In this document: one piece after another, positions 9,917 to 20,698 of the stretch
Layout of the letters: each line of letters starts with the position of its first letter
Position numbering within the stretch: position 1 is the first letter of the stretch
DNA from: an uncultured delta proteobacterium
GTDB lineage: Bacteria > Desulfobacterota > WTBG01 > CAIYCZ01 > CAIRTM01
Direction of reading: 5' to 3'
Length of the DNA: 64,000 nt
Assembly (NCBI GenBank): GCA_963804955.1
Contig: CAWDSQ010000011.1
Span: 32,001-96,000 of the forward strand
Program-made: the position numbers and the translations under genes
Notes under the pieces: model-generated
The model's input: the letters and a program-made list of their open reading frames with translations, nothing else
What the model was told of the DNA's origin: nothing
Databases searched by the model: none

Positions 9917-11420
9917 ATGCAGCAGAGTTCCAATTACCATTTCTGCCATGACCTGCCCACAAATCCTCTGCCTGAATTGGGCAGAATACTTGTCACCGGC
10001 GCTACCGGCTATATAGGCGGCCGGCTTGTTCCGGAGCTGCTGGAGCGGGGATACCGGGTTCGGGCTATGGTGCGCGGCATTGCTCCCGAAGTAATTGAGC
10101 GCTGGCCGGGGGTTGAAGTCGCCGTTGCCGATGCGCTGGAGATTGACAGCCTTATGCGGGCACTTGAGGGCGTGCATACCGCCTATTATCTTATTCATTC
10201 TCTGCTGCTCGGCCAGAAAAAGTTTGAATCCGCTGATATTGAAGCAGCCATCAACTTCAGGGAGGCGGCGGAAAAGCAGGGGCTCAAAAGGATCATTTAT
10301 CTCGGGGGGCTTGGCGATGTTCAGTCTGAACTGTCGACTCATCTCAAGAGCAGGATTACGGTTGCGCAGGACGCTGATGCGCGGCACGGTGCCGACAACT
10401 TTTCTGAGGGCTGCCATCATCATCGGTTCCGGCAGCGCCTCGTATGAAATCATCAAGCACCTCGTGCAGAATTGCCCGGTCATTCTTGTGCCGTCATGGG
10501 CACGCACCAAATGCCAGCCGATCGCAATCCGCGATGTCATCAAATATCTCGTCGGCGTACTGGAGAAGCCTGAGGAAACAGCAGGCCGGTCATTTGATAT
10601 CGGGGGCAGCGATATACTGACCTATGAGATGATGCTGAAGACTTTATCCGAGATTCACCTGATAAAAAGACCTTTTATATCATTTCCTCTGAAAACGGTA
10701 AAGCTCTATGCTTACGCCGCCAGCCTCCTGACACCTGTTCCGGCAGCCATCACCATGTGCCTTATGGAGAGCTGCCATAATGATGTTATCTGCCAGAATG
10801 ATGACATACAGCGGATTATTCCTTTTCAGACCATGCCATACCGGGAGGCGCTGGTGCGGGCGATGTCGCGCGAAGAAACTGATAATGTATCCACCAGATG
10901 GTCTGATTCATATCCCCCTGCACACGAGCTTGCCATAAAGCTGAACGAAGTTGAAAGTTTTCCGCTGTACCGTTCAGCCTATTCAATGCTTACCGCAAAA
11001 AAAGCATCATCGCTTTTTGATTCCATAACCAGAATTGGCGGCAAAGAAGGATGGTTTCGCAGCAATCTTCTCTGGCGGATTCGCGGGTGGGGTGACCGGA
11101 TTTTAATGGGTGTGGGCGTATCCCGCGGGAGAAGAAGCTCCGCCACGCTGCGCATCAATGATGTCATAGACTTCTGGCGGGTTGAAGACCTCAGGGAGAA
11201 CGAGCGGCTGCTGCTGCGGGCTGAGATGAAGATGCCGGGCAGGGCCTGGCTTGAGTTTACCATTACGCCCGACACGAAATCTCCGGCACATGTTCTATCG
11301 GTTAATGCGTATTTTCAGGCCCGGAGTTTCTGGGGGAAAATATACTGGTATCTGTTCCTGCCGTTTCACGTATTTATTTTCAACGATCTTATACAGCAGA
11401 TTGAAAAAAGGAGCCTGTAG
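9917..11420 (+). CDS. NAD(P)H-binding SDR with C-terminal DUF2867 (YbjT-like; frameshift near 10370)
   Basis: ILVTGATGYIGGRL, AYYLIHS, IIYLGGLG, LRAAIIIGSGS, DFWRVE, LLLRAEMKMPGRAWLEF. Confidence 0.88.
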
Positions 11421-11482
11421 AGCTGCGAGGGAGCTTCCTCGAGGAATAAAAAATTCGGGCTTTTCTTGCATCCAGCGTTCAA

Positions 11483-12772
11483 TTACATGAGGACAGGCTG
11501 CGGTTTTTTTCGAATCATTATTTTATCGATTCTCGGGCCATCCATATCAACAATTTCCAGCAAAAAGTCCCCAAGGGAAAGGCTGGCCCCTTCGACGGGT
11601 ATGTTTTTCAGCCGGTCGAATACAAACCCGGCAATGGTGGCGTATTTTTCATGCTGCCCGTCAGGCAGGTCCAGGTGCAGCGCATCCATAATGTCAAACA
11701 GCGGGGTGCTGCCGTCAACCAGCAGCGCGCCATCGGTCATAGTCACAATGTGGTGCTGGTCTTCTCCCGCATCCGGCATATCACCCAGCACATGCTCGAT
11801 AAGATCATGCAGGGTCAGCACGCCCTCAAAAGCGCCGTATTCATTGACAACGATGCCGAAATATATTTTTGCCTCTCTGAAAATTTTGACTATTTGCAGA
11901 GGCGTAAGTCTTTCCGGAAGAAAGACCGGCCGTATTAGTATCGTGCGAGGGTCGAATGTCGGGTCGCAATGCCCTGCAAAAAAATCCTTTGCCCGCAGCA
12001 CGCCGATAATATTGTCCAGCGATTGTTCATACACGGGGAAGCAGGAATGCATGCTTTCCCGGATTGTCCGCTCTATTTCACCGCAGGGCCGGGCAATATC
12101 CAGTATGTCGACTTCCGCGCGATTGGTCATGATATGAAACGCCCTTTTATCGGAAAGCAGAAACAGATTCTCATGGAGCTGCATTTCCTCGTGTTGCAGA
12201 ACCCCCTGCCTGCCCGCCGTTTTAATCATGACGCGCAGCTCCTCTTCGGAGAGCGGCGGCTCAGCCTCCTGCCGTATGCGAAATGCCCTCAGAATCAGCC
12301 GGGTTGTGGCCGAAAGCAGAATGATAACGGGATAGGCTGTTCTGGTGAATGCCGCAATAAACGGAACCAGGAAAAAAGCGATGGGCTCGGGATTGCTCAG
12401 GGCGATTGTTTTGGGAATGAGCTCTCCGAAAACAATAGAGCAAAATGTGATGACAATGACCAGCAGCACCATGGAAATCTGATGGGCATAGGGCGCCAGC
12501 GCTTCAATTCGAGCTATAGAGGGCCGTAGATCTTCGGCAAGCGCAACACCGCTATAGGCTCCTGAAACAATGCCGATCAGCGTTATGCCCACCTGTATTG
12601 CCGACAGGAACCGTTCCGGGTCCTCCAGAAGCGCAAGAACGGTTTTTGCCCGCGCATTGCCCAGTTCTGCAGCATGCCCCAGCCTGCTTTTTTTGCAGGA
12701 CACAATCGCAATCTCAGCCAGAGCAAAAAGACCGTTCAATGCTATTAAAATACTGATGATAGCTATGTGCAT
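11483..12772 (-). CDS. HlyC/CorC (CNNM) family protein: DUF21 + CBS pair + CorC
   Basis: NGLFALAEIA, FLSAIQVGIT, GELIPK, VNEYGAFEG, VDMDGPRIDK. Confidence 0.92.
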   Translation of the reverse strand: MHIAIISILIALNGLFALAEIAIVSCKKSRLGHAAELGNARAKTVLALLEDPERFLSAIQVGITLIGIVSGAYSGVALAEDLRPSIARIEALAPYAHQISMVLLVIVITFCSIVFGELIPKTIALSNPEPIAFFLVPFIAAFTRTAYPVIILLSATTRLILRAFRIRQEAEPPLSEEELRVMIKTAGRQGVLQHEEMQLHENLFLLSDKRAFHIMTNRAEVDILDIARPCGEIERTIRESMHSCFPVYEQSLDNIIGVLRAKDFFAGHCDPTFDPRTILIRPVFLPERLTPLQIVKIFREAKIYFGIVVNEYGAFEGVLTLHDLIEHVLGDMPDAGEDQHHIVTMTDGALLVDGSTPLFDIMDALHLDLPDGQHEKYATIAGFVFDRLKNIPVEGASLSLGDFLLEIVDMDGPRIDKIMIRKKPQPVLM

Positions 12773-13183
12773 GCGGATACTTCTCCTTAAAATTTTTCAG
12801 GGGCTGCACCGTTTGCGGGCTGTTGCCGCATGCTCCGGCTCGTGCTGTGCGGATAACGTACAAAGCATACGCAGCATCATGCGGGCCGCTGATTTTACCA
12901 AAACAGGGGTAGTGCTCCCCGATGTTTTCCTGCCCAGTGGCTGCTCTTCGAAATTATATCACATGAGTCACTTCGGAATGGAGAGAAATCACGCAAAAAA
13001 AGGCCGCCGGTTCTCTTGCGCGATCCAGATGAAGGGCATGATTTGTATAATAGAGCAGGAGATACATTTGTTTGTAATTGTTAAACCCTTGAATAATAGA
13101 GGGCTTTTATGTTATACAGTGCGTCAGAGACCGACACTTACACAAGGGGGGATGATCACACTCGGCAATTCTTTGCATACCAA

Positions 13184-13215
13184 CAACTGATGGGTTCCGC
13201 TTCGCTGCACCCATC
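13184..13215. repeat. REP-like 32-bp direct repeat, copy 1
   Basis: caactgatgggttccgcttcgctgcacccatc; matches 14013-14044 with 1 mismatch. Confidence 0.85.
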
Positions 13216-13258
13216 CGATCTGCGCTCGACAGGGTGTCAATCTGGAAGTTTCCTCCTG

Positions 13259-13287
13259 TTGACACACAGCATCCTTTGCACTATACT
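13259..13287 (+). promoter_or_regulatory. sigma70 promoter for the TA operon
   Basis: TTGACA-17bp-TATACT. Confidence 0.7.
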
Positions 13288-13319
13288 TTTTGCCAATTCA
13301 AAAATACTGTGAGGGATGT

Positions 13320-13634
13320 ATGGCACGAATCAATCGTCCGGCGCTTTCCATAGAAGCTATCAATGCGCTTTTAACCTCCCATAAAGAGCTCCTGCAAAAA
13401 TATAAAGTCAAAAGAATCGGCCTGTTTGGTTCACATGTCCGACAGTCACAAAACAAACGCAGCGATATTGATTTTCTCGTGGAATTTGAAAAACCATCCT
13501 TTGACAACTACATGGATCTACTCTTCTCGCTTGAGCGCCTGTTCGGCAAGTCAATTGATCTCGTTACGCACAATGGCTTAAGCCCGTATATGCGACCCTA
13601 TGTTGAAAACGAGGTCAGGTGGCATGAAGTCTGA
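13320..13634 (+). CDS. Minimal nucleotidyltransferase antitoxin (MntA-type)
   Basis: GLFGSHVR...SDIDFLVEF, IDLVT; about 104 aa. Confidence 0.9.
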   Translation: MARINRPALSIEAINALLTSHKELLQKYKVKRIGLFGSHVRQSQNKRSDIDFLVEFEKPSFDNYMDLLFSLERLFGKSIDLVTHNGLSPYMRPYVENEVRWHEV

Positions 13635-13962
13635 CCTTGTTTTTTTGCAGCACATGCTTGATGAAATAAACTTCCTGCAGAAGGAATGTAAATCTTTCAC
13701 ATTTAAAGATTTTACCGACAATGAGCTATTGATGCGCGCAGCCTCAAGAAGCCTTGAAATTATTGGCGAAGCCGCAAAAAACCTTTCAATGGAATTCCGG
13801 AAAACACACAAAAGCATCCAATGGAAAAAGATTGCCGGATTGCGAGATAAGATCATTCATTTCTATTTCGGCGTTGACTGGGAAATTGTCTGGAATGTTA
13901 TTCAAGAAAAACTTCCGGAACTAAAAAACAATATTGAAGAAATTTTAAACACGCCCCAATAA
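13624..13962 (+). CDS. HEPN/DUF86 toxin (HepT-type)
   Basis: LEIIGEAAK, WKKIAGLRDKIIHFYFGVD with R-X4-H; overlaps the MNT gene. Confidence 0.9.
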   Translation: MKSDLVFLQHMLDEINFLQKECKSFTFKDFTDNELLMRAASRSLEIIGEAAKNLSMEFRKTHKSIQWKKIAGLRDKIIHFYFGVDWEIVWNVIQEKLPELKNNIEEILNTPQ

Positions 13963-13979
13963 CTTTGACTGTAGGAGTC

Positions 13980-14080
13980 GTAGGTCGGGTTGAAGAATGA
14001 AACCCGACAATTCAACTGATGGGTTCCGCTTCGTTGCACCCATCTACAGCTCAATACGGGCGGGATAACCTCGCCCCTAC
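13980..14080. repeat. Cluster of GTAG-type REPs including direct-repeat copy 2 (14013-14044)
   Basis: gtaggtcgggtt..aacccgac; gatgggt..acccatctac; gggcgggataacctcgcccctac. Confidence 0.75.
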
Positions 14081-14184
14081 AACACTCCGAACCTGAACCC
14101 CGACCCGCCCTCAATTTCTCATCAAACGCGCGTCGCATGGAAATGCAGACTGCGGCTGCATATGGGTATGCTGCATCAAAAATG

Positions 14185-14778
14185 TCATGGCTTGCGGGCA
14201 AAACCGTAGAAGAGCAGGGCGGCCAGCTCGCTGGCTCGATCCTGAATGTCGGGCATGATATTCACGAAATCGCGGTGGTTGACCAGGTCGCACAGGTGGT
14301 CGAACATGAACAGCAGCACGGGCATTTTTAAATCCGGGTGTATATGCCCCTGCTGCTGGGCCAGTATGAAAAAATCCACCGAGAGCTTCCGCGTTTTTTT
14401 CTGCATATCGCGGAAATAGCCGTTCAGGGGGGAATCCTCCCTCATCATGTCATCAAGCAGGGCCGGCCCCACGGCATGAATCTGTGCTGTTGTCTGCAGA
14501 AGCATTTTTTCAACCTTGGCGGCAAAAGGCCCATCCTCCAGCATCATGTCCTGAAAGGCTGCTATGCCGAAGTTAACAAGGGCGTCCAGCATCGTTCGGG
14601 CTATATCCCATTTGTCGGTAAAATATTTATAGCAGGTCATTTTGCTGACACCTGCTTCTTTGCAGATTTCCTCAACCGTCACCCGGCGAACGCCGTATTT
14701 AAAGAAAAGCTCCTGTGCTGCTTCCAGGAGCAGTTGCTTTTTTACCGGCTGTTGAGCGCCCTCTTTGTCAATCTTCAT
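14185..14778 (-). CDS. TetR/AcrR family regulator
   Basis: LLEAAQELFFKYGVRRVTVEEICKEAGVSKMTCYKYF. Confidence 0.93.
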   Translation of the reverse strand: MKIDKEGAQQPVKKQLLLEAAQELFFKYGVRRVTVEEICKEAGVSKMTCYKYFTDKWDIARTMLDALVNFGIAAFQDMMLEDGPFAAKVEKMLLQTTAQIHAVGPALLDDMMREDSPLNGYFRDMQKKTRKLSVDFFILAQQQGHIHPDLKMPVLLFMFDHLCDLVNHRDFVNIMPDIQDRASELAALLFYGFARKP

Positions 14779-14851
14779 TGCCTATCCTTACGAATTTAGT
14801 CTAAGTATACCGTTTTAGTAACTATAATGCAATAAAAATAAATTTACTGAC

Positions 14852-14898
14852 TTGACATTGTTATACGATTATTGTATTAAAAAAAGAGAATCGTATAA
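14852..14898 (+). promoter_or_regulatory. sigma70 promoter overlapped by an inverted-repeat operator
   Basis: TTGACA(14852)-17bp-TATTAA(14875); perfect IR ttatacgatt(14861-70)/aatcgtataa(14889-98). Confidence 0.7.
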
Positions 14899-14981
14899 TA
14901 ATTGATTTGTTTGGGTTGGTCATTCCAAAACTCATAATCGACTCAAACAGATCAAAACAATCAATGGAGAGGAACTGTCTT

Positions 14982-15743
14982 ATGAAGCGCAGACTTTTTC
15001 TCAAAGCACTGGGGATGGGGTGCCTCGGCTGTTGCTGCCAACCGCTGGAGGCTTTTGCTGCAATCGGCCAGAAGACCTACAGCACAACCAAACTTCTCGC
15101 GGATTATGATCTTAATCTACAGTGGCGTCGGGAGCTGTATCTCAAAAATCCCGCTTTAGCAGGCGATATCGACGGTGTTCTCGACGAGATGCGCGATTCC
15201 TACGAAGCGCATCATTCCGGACATCCCCTATATCGGTAAAAGAAATTTCCATCTCCAGTGGGCAATACCGAATGCTGAAAAACTCGCCGACTACCTTGTG
15301 GCCAAAAAGTACGGGGTAACGATTCCGGAGTTCAGCAGGCTGCATCTTGACCAGGCTCTGAGCGATCTGATGGTTATCCGACGGAAGAAAAGCGCCGGAA
15401 GATCGGCAGCATGCAGTTCGGGCCGATGTCCGATATGCTGATGCGTTTCGTGGCATGGCGCTCGCAGTTGCGAATATTTCCGGATGATTATATTTTGAAA
15501 TTCGTTCCGGGTGACGGGGTCGATTTTGACTGGGGCCTCGACTACACGCAGTGCCCCAATGTTAATCTCTACAGCAGGCACGGTGCTGCAGATCTTGTGT
15601 ACCCTATGATCTGCACCATGGACTATGTGGCCGGCAAGGCGCTTTTTGTCGGTTATCACAGAACCATGGATCTTGCCAGAGGAGTCCCAATGTGCGATCT
15701 GCGCTGGAAGAAAGGCGTTGAGTCCGTCATACCGGAAATATGA
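14982..15743 (+). CDS. L-2-amino-thiazoline-4-carboxylate hydrolase-like protein with Tat-like signal (frameshifts near 15210 and 15380)
   Basis: MKRRLFLK...AFA; DYTQCP...ICTMD...RTMDLARGVPMCDLRW three-Cys pattern. Confidence 0.65.
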
Positions 15744-15962
15744 GTTCTGTCATGGCGCTGCCTGCATGGTTTCAGATAATGCCTCCCGGCTAAAATTTGT
15801 TGGGCATAAAAGATAGGAGTCAGAAGGCAGGAGTCAGAAGTCAGAAGAAAAATTCAAGATTCCGGATTCAAATTCAAAATTGCAGGGGCAGACCTGTGTA
15901 TCTGCCCTGGGTGATAGGATTATGAGTTGCAGAACTGAAATAATTTATCCGAGGAGAAGGCG

Positions 15963-17213
15963 ATGAAGAAATTGATGATCTGTGCTGCGATACTCTGGCT
16001 CGGCATCGGCATGCTTACCGGCTGCAAAAAGACCTGCGAGCCCGGAGTGAAGCAGGCCTGCTACTGCCCCGAGGGTACCGTTAAAGAGCAGACCTGCAGG
16101 GATGACGGCAAGGGCTGGGACGCATGCCCGTGCACCTATTATTCATCCTGGTGCGACAACACTTCTGGCCTGTGCTGGCAGGACCCGCAGCGCGAGGCCT
16201 ACGACATGGATGAGGGCGGGCTTGAGCCTGCTGATGCGGTGCGTTATTGCGAGCAGGTTGCTTTCGGCGGACATGCCGACTGGCGCCTGCCCACCATTGA
16301 AGAGCTGCGCACGCTGGTACGGGGAAATCCGGCCACCGAGACAGACGGCGAATGCCCGCTTCGCAATGACAGCGTCAGCAGCGATATGAATGATCCGGCC
16401 TGCGCGCCCGTAACAGAATATGGCGGCCCCGGCACCGGCGGCTGCTACTGGCCGCCGGAGCTGACCGGCAACTGCGAAAAGCCCGACCCTGCTTCGCAGG
16501 GACATCCTCTGGAGTTCGTGGCCTCGACCCGGTGCCCCGGCCCTGATGTGGTGGGCTGGTATGGCACGATCATGTTTGAAAACGGCGCTGTCTGCTGGAA
16601 CCATATCAATACCTTTGCCGATGTGCGCTGCGTGCATGCTGCTCCCGCTCCCCCGGAAACCTGTATTGAGGAAGGGCAGTGCATGCCGGGCGAAACGCGC
16701 AGGTGCATCGCCGAAAATTCCAGGGCCGGCGCGCAGGTCTGCGCTCCCTGGGGGTGCTGGGGATCCTGCGACAGCACATCATTCAAAAAATCGCCCCCTC
16801 CAAAAGATGTCTGTTCGACATGCGATCAGATTAAGCTGATCATAAGGGTTCCGGAGAAGCTGGCGGCGCCGCCCGCGCAACTTCTGGCATTTCTGTATGA
16901 TGCCGAGACCTGGACCTTTCCGCCTGCAAGGCCGCCGGATGGCGGCACTTCCGACAACCAGGTGAAGAATCCCGATATTGACGTGGACAAACCATTTAGC
17001 CTGACAGTGCCTGCATGCACCTATTATCGCAAGAAATGTCTCAAGGGTGAATATAAACTGTATGTAGCCATAATGCAGAGCGAGACCATGCCGCCGGTCA
17101 TGCAGGAGGGCGATTACTGGTGGGGAGAGGTTCAGGAGCCCCTTATCCTCGGAGAAGGGCCTGCGCAGACTATAGACATGGATATTACCCTTGTGCCCTG
17201 GACAGCTAAATGA
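15963..17213 (+). CDS. Cys-rich lipoprotein with DUF1566 (Lcl C-terminal) domain
   Basis: Lipobox LTGC; DNTSGLCWQ..AVRYC..GGHADWRLPTIEEL..VRCV. Confidence 0.8.
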   Translation: MKKLMICAAILWLGIGMLTGCKKTCEPGVKQACYCPEGTVKEQTCRDDGKGWDACPCTYYSSWCDNTSGLCWQDPQREAYDMDEGGLEPADAVRYCEQVAFGGHADWRLPTIEELRTLVRGNPATETDGECPLRNDSVSSDMNDPACAPVTEYGGPGTGGCYWPPELTGNCEKPDPASQGHPLEFVASTRCPGPDVVGWYGTIMFENGAVCWNHINTFADVRCVHAAPAPPETCIEEGQCMPGETRRCIAENSRAGAQVCAPWGCWGSCDSTSFKKSPPPKDVCSTCDQIKLIIRVPEKLAAPPAQLLAFLYDAETWTFPPARPPDGGTSDNQVKNPDIDVDKPFSLTVPACTYYRKKCLKGEYKLYVAIMQSETMPPVMQEGDYWWGEVQEPLILGEGPAQTIDMDITLVPWTAK

Positions 17214-17410
17214 TCTATCAGCCTGATGCTTTTATGAAGAGAGCCTCGGCTGTTGATAGATGACAGAATAATTAAGCAATAGGGGAGAACAGGGTTTGCA
17301 GAAGGAAATTTTGAGAAGCGGCGATATGTGAATGGAGATGCGTGGATTTCAGACTTTTATGGTTTTTTGAAGAAGGCAACTCAAACACTACGGGTGGTTG
17401 TTGACATACT

Positions 17411-17596
17411 TTAGTACAAAGCCCCGCAAAGAAGGGGGCAAAAAGCCGGACACGAACCTGACGTAGTGCCTTTATTGTAGACCGGACAAAGCAAAGCGTG
17501 TCCGGTGATAGTGTAGGTATTGAGTAAAAGTCAGGTTCTTTGTCCAGCCTACGGGTTCTGTTTTTTTTACCCCCTTTATTGTGTGGGCTGTACTTA
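17411..17596. mobile_element. Element A variant carrying nested GTAG-REP hairpins
   Basis: Ends ttagtacaaagcccc / gggctgtactta; inner ggacacgaacctgac pairs with gtcaggttctttgtcc, and gtagaccggaca..tgtccgg. Confidence 0.65.
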
Positions 17597-17678
17597 AGAC
17601 ACAGTGTCCAGGTCAGGAGAGGGGGCTGGTTGTTCACCCCCGCATTTCAAGGTGAAGGCCTGCCATGCTGCATAAATG

Positions 17679-17711
17679 AAAAGAGCCGGGTGCATCAACA
17701 CCCGGCTCTTT
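17679..17711. terminator. Bidirectional intrinsic terminator
   Basis: aaaagagccgggtg-catcaa-cacccggctcttt between convergent genes. Confidence 0.75.
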
Positions 17712-17746
17712 GTACACTTCTTTAAAAGTTCCCGTACCGCGGTTGC

Positions 17747-18190
17747 TTATCGTATTTCAAGCGTACCCGTGCAGTTATCATCATCGCCAACTGTCACCTC
17801 AAACTCGCCCGGTTCCGCATTGGCTTGTATCCATACAAGGGAGAAGATGCGCCGCGGGAATCTGAACTGCAAAATGGTATTGATATCGTCGGTTCCCCAA
17901 TCAACCATATCACCCCTTTCAAATTCCACTCCGTCGCCTTCGCTCACGATAAACATACCAAAACGCCCCAGGCGCCTGCTGCGAATTGATTCCGGGAAAA
18001 CTTTCAGTGTGCAGGTTGATGCAAAGGCCTTGAAGTCTCCGTCCTGTTGAGCTGCATCATCGATGAGCAGCATTTCAGATTCAGCCGGATCATTTGCTGC
18101 GACTTCCTGCGCAGCTGCTTTTCCAGCCATACTGAAAATCAGGACAAGCGCCATGAGTATGCTGAAAAATGCCCCTGTTGCGTATTTCAT
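17747..18190 (-). CDS. Secreted hypothetical protein (possible Ig-like beta domain)
   Basis: Signal peptide ending AAA; GGAG RBS; beta-rich C-terminus PGEFEVTV. Confidence 0.65.
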   Translation of the reverse strand: MKYATGAFFSILMALVLIFSMAGKAAAQEVAANDPAESEMLLIDDAAQQDGDFKAFASTCTLKVFPESIRSRRLGRFGMFIVSEGDGVEFERGDMVDWGTDDINTILQFRFPRRIFSLVWIQANAEPGEFEVTVGDDDNCTGTLEIR

Positions 18191-18686
18191 AGAAGGCTCC
18201 TCTTATGAATGATGAAGCTGTTTTTTGCAGATTTTTTCTTATACATTTATATTTTTATACACTTGCCGGCTTGCTGTCAAGTTTTTTTAGTGTTTTTTAT
18301 GATAAAAAAAAATTAATTTTGTTATTTTAAGTATAAAAAAATAAATTTTTGTATGTCGCTAAGAGAAGAGTCTTTATAAAATATAAAGAACTTTAGAATA
18401 AAGGGTGACCTCTTTCAGGGCAGGTGATACAGGTTCCTGGAAATCAGCCGCATTGACTGCCTGCAGCCATTGTAGTAGATTCTTAGGTAAAAAATTTTTA
18501 GAAAACACTGCGCCGGCATGTGCCGCAACCCTGTGGTAAGCATTCAGGCGCCCTGCTTTGGATGCGGAGCACGAATGATGTATTGTATTCAGGAACCATC
18601 GTTTTAGGCGATGATCCTGAAGACGGCAATTCAAGCAAACCGCTATGCGTGCGGCTTGTTGATTTAATAACCCCGAGGAGCAGATA

Positions 18687-18884
18687 ATGTCAAAAACAGT
18701 ACGGGAAGCATGGATGACTGAAGCACTTGAGGCTGAGCTGAAACGAATTGCCCGGGATGGCTTCGTGAGCTGCGAACAGATTCAGGCCTTTGCGGCAAAA
18801 CACATTATCGAAATCACAAAAATGAAACCTTTTGTGGACTGTATCGGCCTTCAGGTATCCAATTGCCGGGGCCTGTGCGCTTAG
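18687..18884 (+). CDS. Small conserved hypothetical protein (C..C-terminal CxGL-type motif)
   Basis: GAGGAG RBS; DGFVSCEQ...GLQVSNCRGLC. Confidence 0.6.
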   Translation: MSKTVREAWMTEALEAELKRIARDGFVSCEQIQAFAAKHIIEITKMKPFVDCIGLQVSNCRGLCA

Positions 18885-19001
18885 TACAGCCCCACTCAAA
18901 AGAGGGGGCGAAAAATTCCCCCTTTAGCAAAGGGGGATAAAAACGGCATTTTTTTTGTATAAATAAAATATTGCCCCCTTTTTATGTGGCGAGGTACTTA
19001 G
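18881..19001. mobile_element. Element A, empty copy
   Basis: ttagtacagcccca...gaggtacttag ends; intact hairpin tccccctttagcaaaggggga (18917-18937); colinear with 9614-9886 minus its insert. Confidence 0.7.
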
Positions 19002-19132
19002 AAGGCCTCACTGAACGAAACATCGGCTGCAGACCGCAACATCCCGTATGCTGTGGCCAATGCAAAAATGTCGATACTTTGGAGAAATGTCGGCCTGCTG
19101 ATTCCCAATCTTGATCCTGGTGAGATGAAATT

Positions 19133-20369
19133 ATGCGCATCCACTATGGCATTATTATTCTTGGACTGATTGTGTGTTCCGTGTTCAGCGCGCTGGGCCT
19201 GGCGCGTTTTGGCTATACCAGTATCCTGCCCGCTATGCAGGAAGGCCTGCACCTGTCCAACACGCAAACCGGGGCACTGCAAACCTTGAACCTTGTCGGC
19301 TATTTGCTCACGGTGGTCTTTGCCGGCATTTTTGCCGCCCGGTATGGCCCGCGGATTGTTATAGCCTTTTCTCTGCTCATTGTCGGTCTGTCGATGATTG
19401 TAACCGGTCTTGTTCCAACGGTTGAAGCCGCCTGTATCGGCCGCTTTTTCGCCGGCGTGGGCGGAGCTGGCGGAAATGTTCCGGCCATGGGCCTTGTGTC
19501 GGCATGGTTCGGAGCCAGGAGGCGCGGCCTTGCCTCCGGTGTGGGCGTCACCGGGTCGAGCGTCGGGCTGATTGTGACGGGGCCGCTTATCCCTGCAATT
19601 TTAAATCAGTATGGTCCCGGGGGCTGGCGGATCAGCTGGTATGTGCTTGGAGCTCTCTCTCTTGCTGTGTGCGCTCTATGCGCTGTATTTTTGCGCAACC
19701 ACCCTGCGGAGAAGGGGCTCAAGCCCGTCGGCGAAAATGAAGCTGAATGCATACAACGCAACAAGCGGGGCCGGCGCCCCGTCTTTGCATTGGAATCTGA
19801 TCTGGAGATCGCGCCTGCTGTGGCAGCTTGCCGCGATCTACTGCGCTTTCGGGTTTTCCTATATCATCTATTCCACCTTTTTTGTCAGGCATCTGGTGAA
19901 AGACGGCGGCTTTACGCCTGGCGGCGCCGGGTCTCTCTGGATGCAAATCGGCATGGTTTCAATGATCAGCGGCTTTATCTGGGGCAGCGTCTCTGATCGC
20001 TGGGGGCGGCGCATGGCGCTGCTGTGCGTCTTCACGCTGCAGGGCGTATCGTTTGCTGTTTTCGGCCTGAGCACCCACGTGACCGCCGTTTATTTTTCCT
20101 CTGCATTGTTTGCATTGACCGCATGGAGCATCCCTGCCCTGATGGCCGCCCTTGCCGGCGACGTGTTTGGCGCTCGACTGGCCCCTGCTGCCCTTGGCCT
20201 GATGACAATCGTCTTCGGCATCGGGCAGGCGCTGGGTCCGTATTTCGCCGGCGCTGTTGCGGATGCCACACAATCGTTTTCAACAGCTTTTGTGATAGCC
20301 GGGATAGTCGCACTGGTCTTCGGCACAGGCGGGTCGCTTTTTTTGAGAACGTCAAAAGGCGTCACGTGA
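19133..20369 (+). CDS. MFS transporter, YbfB/YjiJ-like (frameshift near 19750)
   Basis: GLARFGYTSILPAM, GSVSDRWGRR, about 12 TMs over two ORFs. Confidence 0.88.
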
Positions 20370-20507
20370 CCTGAGGCCGACACTCCTTAAACAGGGTAAT
20401 TATTAATTTGATGCAAAAAAATATTTCTGTTTCATCCTCCATTGAAAAAAAGGGATACAGGGGGATTTTTTGCAGCCTGACAAATTCCCCTAACCCCCTT
20501 TGCTTAA

Positions 20508-20698
20508 GAGCCTGTGTCGCAATTGATTTATTAATGTCATTTCGAATCCGCCGCAGGCGGTGAGTCTCGCAGGTTGCGCCACCGCGCATGCAATCTTAAG
20601 CCCTTGCTTTTACGTACTACAAAGATCTCTCCCGGAGCCCGCCCTGAGCGAAGCCGAAGGGGTCGAGATGACAGCAAAGTTAATTGCGACACAGGCTC
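20508..20698. mobile_element. MITE (element B) with perfect 17-bp TIR and TAA target duplication, inserted in a reverse element A hairpin
   Basis: gagcctgtgtcgcaatt / aattgcgacacaggctc; taa at 20505-07 and 20699-701; internal CGTC-REP pair. Confidence 0.85.
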
